Below are positions 7,900 to 11,183 of a DNA stretch of 11,183 bases, one piece after another. The stretch comes from an archaeon (GTDB lineage: Archaea; Iainarchaeota; Iainarchaeia; Iainarchaeales; 1-14-0-10-31-34). Numbering within the stretch: position 1 is the stretch's first letter; each line of letters opens with the position of its first letter. Made by a program: the position numbers and the translations under genes. The DNA is taken from positions 1 through 11,183 of the forward strand of contig JBDRFE010000018.1 in assembly GCA_043819075.1 (NCBI GenBank), given 5' to 3'. The notes under the pieces are model-generated. The model was not told where the DNA came from and ran no database searches. It saw nothing but the letters and a program-made list of their open reading frames with translations.

Positions 7900-9489
7900 T
7901 CAGAACCTTAATTCAAGGATTATTTCAGTTCCTTTTCTCTCTTTTTCCTTAAAACCCATTTTTTTGTAAAAGCTTTTAGCCAAATCGTTTGATGACTGGA
8001 CCCCGACTCTGGCTGAAACAAGCTTTTTTTCTTTTTTCAGGAAATCAATTGAATAACCTAATAATTTTTTTCCAAAGCCTTTTCCCCTGAATTCCCTGTT
8101 AATGAAAAAGCCTTCAATCAGGTTTCCTGAAATAATTGAAACCCCTGCTAAAACAGAGTTCACTTCAAGGAACAAAACCTGTTTTTGCGGATGAATTAAA
8201 TGCACTAAAAGCTTGAAAAAAGGCTTTAAGCCAAGCCAGGTTGAATAAACAGGTTTCTGGCCTTTGGCAAACAAAGGGTTGTCAAATTTTTTCCTGTCAT
8301 CAACAACAATTTTTTCAAGGGAAAAAAAATCAAATAAATTTGCTTTCCTGAAAGAAATTTTTTCAGAAGACTCATGCTGCAAAGACAGGTAAAACTGCTC
8401 TAGATTGCTTATTATTTTCTGCCAGTCAAATTTTTTAGAAGAAACATCATTGTTTTCCGACATCTGCTTCATTAACAAAGGGTTTTCCAGGAGCAGAATT
8501 GTTTTTTCAGCTAAATCTTTTTTGCTTTCAATAAAAAAACCGTTTTTTATTTCCTCTAATGCTTCTTCTGCCACTCCAGCTTTGGTTGTCAGGATAGGCA
8601 ACCCAGAAGCCATTGCCTCAACAATCGGAATGCAATAGCTTTCATTAAAGCCGGAGTTAACAAAAACATCCCCGACAGAATAAAATTCAGTTAACTCGCT
8701 TAAAGTCTTGTTTCCCAAAAACAAAACCCTTTGCCTAAGGTTAAGGCGCAAAATCAATTCATCTAACTCTTTTTTGTATTCTTTGTCCGGCTGGCCGCCG
8801 ATATGGACCAGAACAGCCTGTTCAGGCAGTTCCTTTAATGAATTAATTATCATTTCAATGTTTTTTTTCCTTGAAAGATAGCAGACACTCAACAAAACAA
8901 ACTTTTTTTGAACGCCAAGCTTTTTTCTGAGAACAGTATTTTTTTCTTTCCTGAACTTATTCCATTCAATGCCAATCGGAAGGACTTTAATTTTTTTTTC
9001 AGCAAAGCCAAACCTTTCAATCAACGCATTTTTTTCTTTTTCAGTGAAAGCCAGCAATAAATCAGCTTTTTTTGCAGGAACAACAACAAAAAAGTAATTG
9101 AACAGCCTCAAAAAAATGTTTTGTTTTTTTCCCATGACATCAAAATCGGGGGTAACCACAAGGCTGAACTTTTTAAAAAACTTCATATAGCCTGAAACAA
9201 AAACAGAAAAAAAGCCTAAGACATGGGCATGCATTAAATCATTTTTTTTTACATTGAAAAAAAAATAAGGGATTACTCCCGGAAAAAAACATTTTGCCCC
9301 GAAAATCTTTCCCTTAAAGCGGTGGATTTTAAGTGAAGATTTGCTGTCATCAAAAGGCACTTTAGTAGGAATCTTGTCGGAACAAAAAACCTCTACATCA
9401 AACTTTTTTTTATCCACAAGGTTTGCATACAACTGCATCGGGTTTCCGGTAATTTCATTGTAATAGTCAGCAAACTGTATTATTTTCAT
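7900..9489 (-). CDS. Fusion of a family 4 glycosyltransferase (about aa 1-370) and a C-terminal GNAT acetyltransferase (about aa 377-529)
   Basis: GT4 part: MKIIQF, LPIGI, LSRKKNIE, ESYCIPIVEAMASGLP (EX7E), FDWQKII. GNAT part: ISFRKA..D, FINREFRGKGFGKKLL (acetyl-CoA motif A, 8088-8071), VQSSNDLAKSFYKKMGF (motif B). The reading frame is uninterrupted. Confidence 0.88.
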   Translation of the reverse strand: MKIIQFADYYNEITGNPMQLYANLVDKKKFDVEVFCSDKIPTKVPFDDSKSSLKIHRFKGKIFGAKCFFPGVIPYFFFNVKKNDLMHAHVLGFFSVFVSGYMKFFKKFSLVVTPDFDVMGKKQNIFLRLFNYFFVVVPAKKADLLLAFTEKEKNALIERFGFAEKKIKVLPIGIEWNKFRKEKNTVLRKKLGVQKKFVLLSVCYLSRKKNIEMIINSLKELPEQAVLVHIGGQPDKEYKKELDELILRLNLRQRVLFLGNKTLSELTEFYSVGDVFVNSGFNESYCIPIVEAMASGLPILTTKAGVAEEALEEIKNGFFIESKKDLAEKTILLLENPLLMKQMSENNDVSSKKFDWQKIISNLEQFYLSLQHESSEKISFRKANLFDFFSLEKIVVDDRKKFDNPLFAKGQKPVYSTWLGLKPFFKLLVHLIHPQKQVLFLEVNSVLAGVSIISGNLIEGFFINREFRGKGFGKKLLGYSIDFLKKEKKLVSARVGVQSSNDLAKSFYKKMGFKEKERKGTEIILELRF

Positions 9490-10565
9490 TTTATCCCCAG
9501 AACTTCATTGTATACTTCAGTTGTTTTCCTTGCCTCTTCTTTTAAAGTGAATTGCTTTGACGCTGTAATTGCTTTCTGAGACATTTTTACCGCAAGGCTT
9601 TCATTCAAAAGAATTTTTTTTGCTGAATCAAAAACTTTATTGAAATCAGATACATCAGTGATTACCGCCCCTTCTTTGAATAACTCTAATTCTTCTCCTA
9701 CTATTGTTGGTGTTCCGCAAGCCATTGCCTCTAACGGAGGAAAAGCAAAACCGCCTTCATATGTTGCAGGAAAAATGAATAAGTCTGCGGCAGAATAATA
9801 CAATTGAAGCAATTTTTCAGGAACCTTATTTAATTCAGTTAAATTCATTCCTTTCTTCAAGGAATCATATTCAGGATTCCTGTTCCCGATGCGCAAAAGC
9901 AAAGTGTTTTTCAGTTCTATTTCAAGTTTTTTGCAGGCATTCAGCAAACAAGGAATGTTTTTTCTCGGCTCTTCAGAGCCAATGTTAAGGATAATTTTTT
10001 TGTCCAAAGGAAGATTCAGTTTTTTTCTTGCTTCAGCTTTATTCACAGGAAAAAAAATCCTTTCATCAAATCCTAAAGGGATTGAAACAACTTTTTCTTT
10101 TTCTATTCCAAGGAAATCAATTAATTCTTTTTTTGCCTTCTCTGAAATAGTAAGGATTTTATCCATTTTACTGTAAAAAGAAAGAACTTTTTTTGCCAGA
10201 AAAGAAGTAAGAAAAGGGTATTCTTTTGGAAAAAGGACTGGCGCCAAATCCATGTGGGTTATAATGCATGGTTTCCTGAATTCAGCTGTGCGTGCAAGAA
10301 ACTGTGATGACAAATGATACAAAGAATAGCCTTTAGGGATTCTTGAAGGAAAAAAATAATACCATGAAAGGCTTTTGTTGAATACAGGAAAACTGAACTG
10401 CTGGGTTATTTTTTTTATTTTATTGTTTGGTTCAGTTATCCTGTTGTCTTTTGATTCAAGGTAAAGCATTTCAATTTCAACTGAATCAGAAACAGATTCA
10501 AGGAGATTAAAAGAATATTTTCCTATCCCTGTTTTTGGTGCAAAATTATTCACTAATGCAATCAT
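9486..10565 (-). CDS. Glycosyltransferase family 4 (GT-B), MtfB/WbaZ-like
   Basis: TGIGKYS, TISEKAKKEL, IPLGFD, NIGSEEPRKNI, YSAADLFIFPATYEGGFAFPPLEAMACGTP. The probable start is ATG 10565 (MIALVN, preceded by GGTTGA) rather than TTG 10583. The stop overlaps the next start (ATGA, 9489-9486). Confidence 0.88.
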   Translation of the reverse strand: MIALVNNFAPKTGIGKYSFNLLESVSDSVEIEMLYLESKDNRITEPNNKIKKITQQFSFPVFNKSLSWYYFFPSRIPKGYSLYHLSSQFLARTAEFRKPCIITHMDLAPVLFPKEYPFLTSFLAKKVLSFYSKMDKILTISEKAKKELIDFLGIEKEKVVSIPLGFDERIFFPVNKAEARKKLNLPLDKKIILNIGSEEPRKNIPCLLNACKKLEIELKNTLLLRIGNRNPEYDSLKKGMNLTELNKVPEKLLQLYYSAADLFIFPATYEGGFAFPPLEAMACGTPTIVGEELELFKEGAVITDVSDFNKVFDSAKKILLNESLAVKMSQKAITASKQFTLKEEARKTTEVYNEVLGIK

Positions 10566-10583
10566 TTTCAACCAGAAAAGCAA

Positions 10584-11183
10584 TTATTTTTTTTTCAGAC
10601 CTTTAATTGTATCGCAGACAAAAGAAATCTGTTCCTCTGAAAGCATTGTGCCTGAAGGCAAATACAATCCACGGTAATTCAATTCATCCGCAACAGGGTA
10701 TTTTCCCTTGAAAAGCTTCATTTGAGTGTAAATCGGCTGCCTGTGCATTGGAATAAAAAATTCTCTTGTTTCAATTCCTTTTTTTTCAAGCTCAATCATT
10801 AACTTGTCCTTGTTCATGCCAAATTTTTTTTCATCAACTAAAATGCCGTACATCCAGATAACATTTTTTGCCCAAGGAGCTTCAGGGGGGGTTGTTATTC
10901 CATCAACTTCACTTAAAATTTCAGTGTACTGGCTGTTGATTTTTTCTTTTAACCCAAGCAATTCATCCACTCTCTCCAATTGGGCTAAGCCTAATGCAGC
11001 CTGCATGTTTGTCATCCTGTAATTAAAGCCAATGTGCTTGTGCCAGAAATGCTTTTCTTTTGAAAAAGCATGGTTCATTAAAGTGTGCGCCATTTCACTT
11101 AATTCTTCATTGGCTGTTACAACCATTCCGCCTTCTCCGGTAGTAATTATTTTGTTTGCATAAAAGCTGAAGCAGCCGCAGTC
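10584..11183 (-). CDS. DegT/DnrJ/EryC1/StrS PLP-dependent sugar aminotransferase, GDP-perosamine synthase-like; 5' end lies outside the window
   Basis: The frame is open to the window edge: DCGCFSFYANKIITTGEGGMVVT, with the PLP lysine at 11153-11151. Also GFNYRMTNMQAALGLAQLE, WMYGIL, GIETRxFFxPMH and GLYLPSG. Confidence 0.9.
   Translation of the reverse strand, partial: DCGCFSFYANKIITTGEGGMVVTANEELSEMAHTLMNHAFSKEKHFWHKHIGFNYRMTNMQAALGLAQLERVDELLGLKEKINSQYTEILSEVDGITTPPEAPWAKNVIWMYGILVDEKKFGMNKDKLMIELEKKGIETREFFIPMHRQPIYTQMKLFKGKYPVADELNYRGLYLPSGTMLSEEQISFVCDTIKGLKKK

Noticed and set aside
8372..8375. ATGA on the - strand in the GT4-GNAT linker, as a relic of two coupled genes
   Set aside because: The ATG is not in the GNAT frame and the TGA is not in the GT4 frame, so two indels would be needed. 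Probably coincidental.
885..10595. Many A9/T9 homopolymers (for example 885-893, 1442-1450, 2661-2669, 8991-8999, 9242-9250, 9257-9265, 10587-10595) as phase-variation or frameshift sites
   Set aside because: They are explained by runs of AAA (Lys) or TTT (Phe) codons in an AT-rich genome. All the genes are in frame and none is split at these sites.
573..11022. Short ORFs from the track that overlap larger genes (573-773, 2862-3074, 3061-3354, 3150-3404, 3897-4130, 4432-4635, 5014-5403, 5748-6110, 5962-6150, 6510-6824, 6785-7027, 7202-7495, 8405-8638, 9889-10176, 10804-11022)
   Set aside because: All are antisense to well-supported genes, are rich in Phe/Ser/Leu/Ile as expected for the reverse complement of A-rich coding DNA, and show no motifs.
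1..11183. CRISPR array, tRNA/rRNA, IS element or integrase, long tandem repeats, stop-codon recoding
   Set aside because: Almost all of the window is protein-coding. I saw no spaced repeats, terminal inverted repeats or transposase motifs, and TGA falls at the expected gene ends.

Overview
AT-rich, densely coding window from a surface-glycan or glycolipid biosynthesis locus, using the standard genetic code with TGA as stop. There are two convergent gene arrays. The + strand carries a 5'-truncated RfbE-like (CDP-paratose 2-epimerase) SDR, a WbiB-like SDR epimerase with a four-Cys insertion, a divergent UDP-GlcNAc 2-epimerase, a GT2, an HpnJ-like B12-binding radical SAM enzyme, a second membrane-anchored GT2, and a GumH-like GT4. 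The - strand carries a 5'-truncated perosamine-synthase-like DegT aminotransferase, a GT4 with an atypical EX8E motif, and a GT4-GNAT acetyltransferase fusion. The two arrays end only 1 bp apart. GGTGA-like ribosome-binding motifs and a TTTATAAA box suggest an archaeal host, possibly DPANN, but this is inference. The most notable items are the GT2-radical SAM-GT2 module (candidate radical modification of a lipid-linked sugar) and the GT4-GNAT fusion downstream of an amino-sugar aminotransferase. No RNA genes, CRISPR arrays or mobile elements were seen. All family assignments come from motif recognition by eye, not from database searches.
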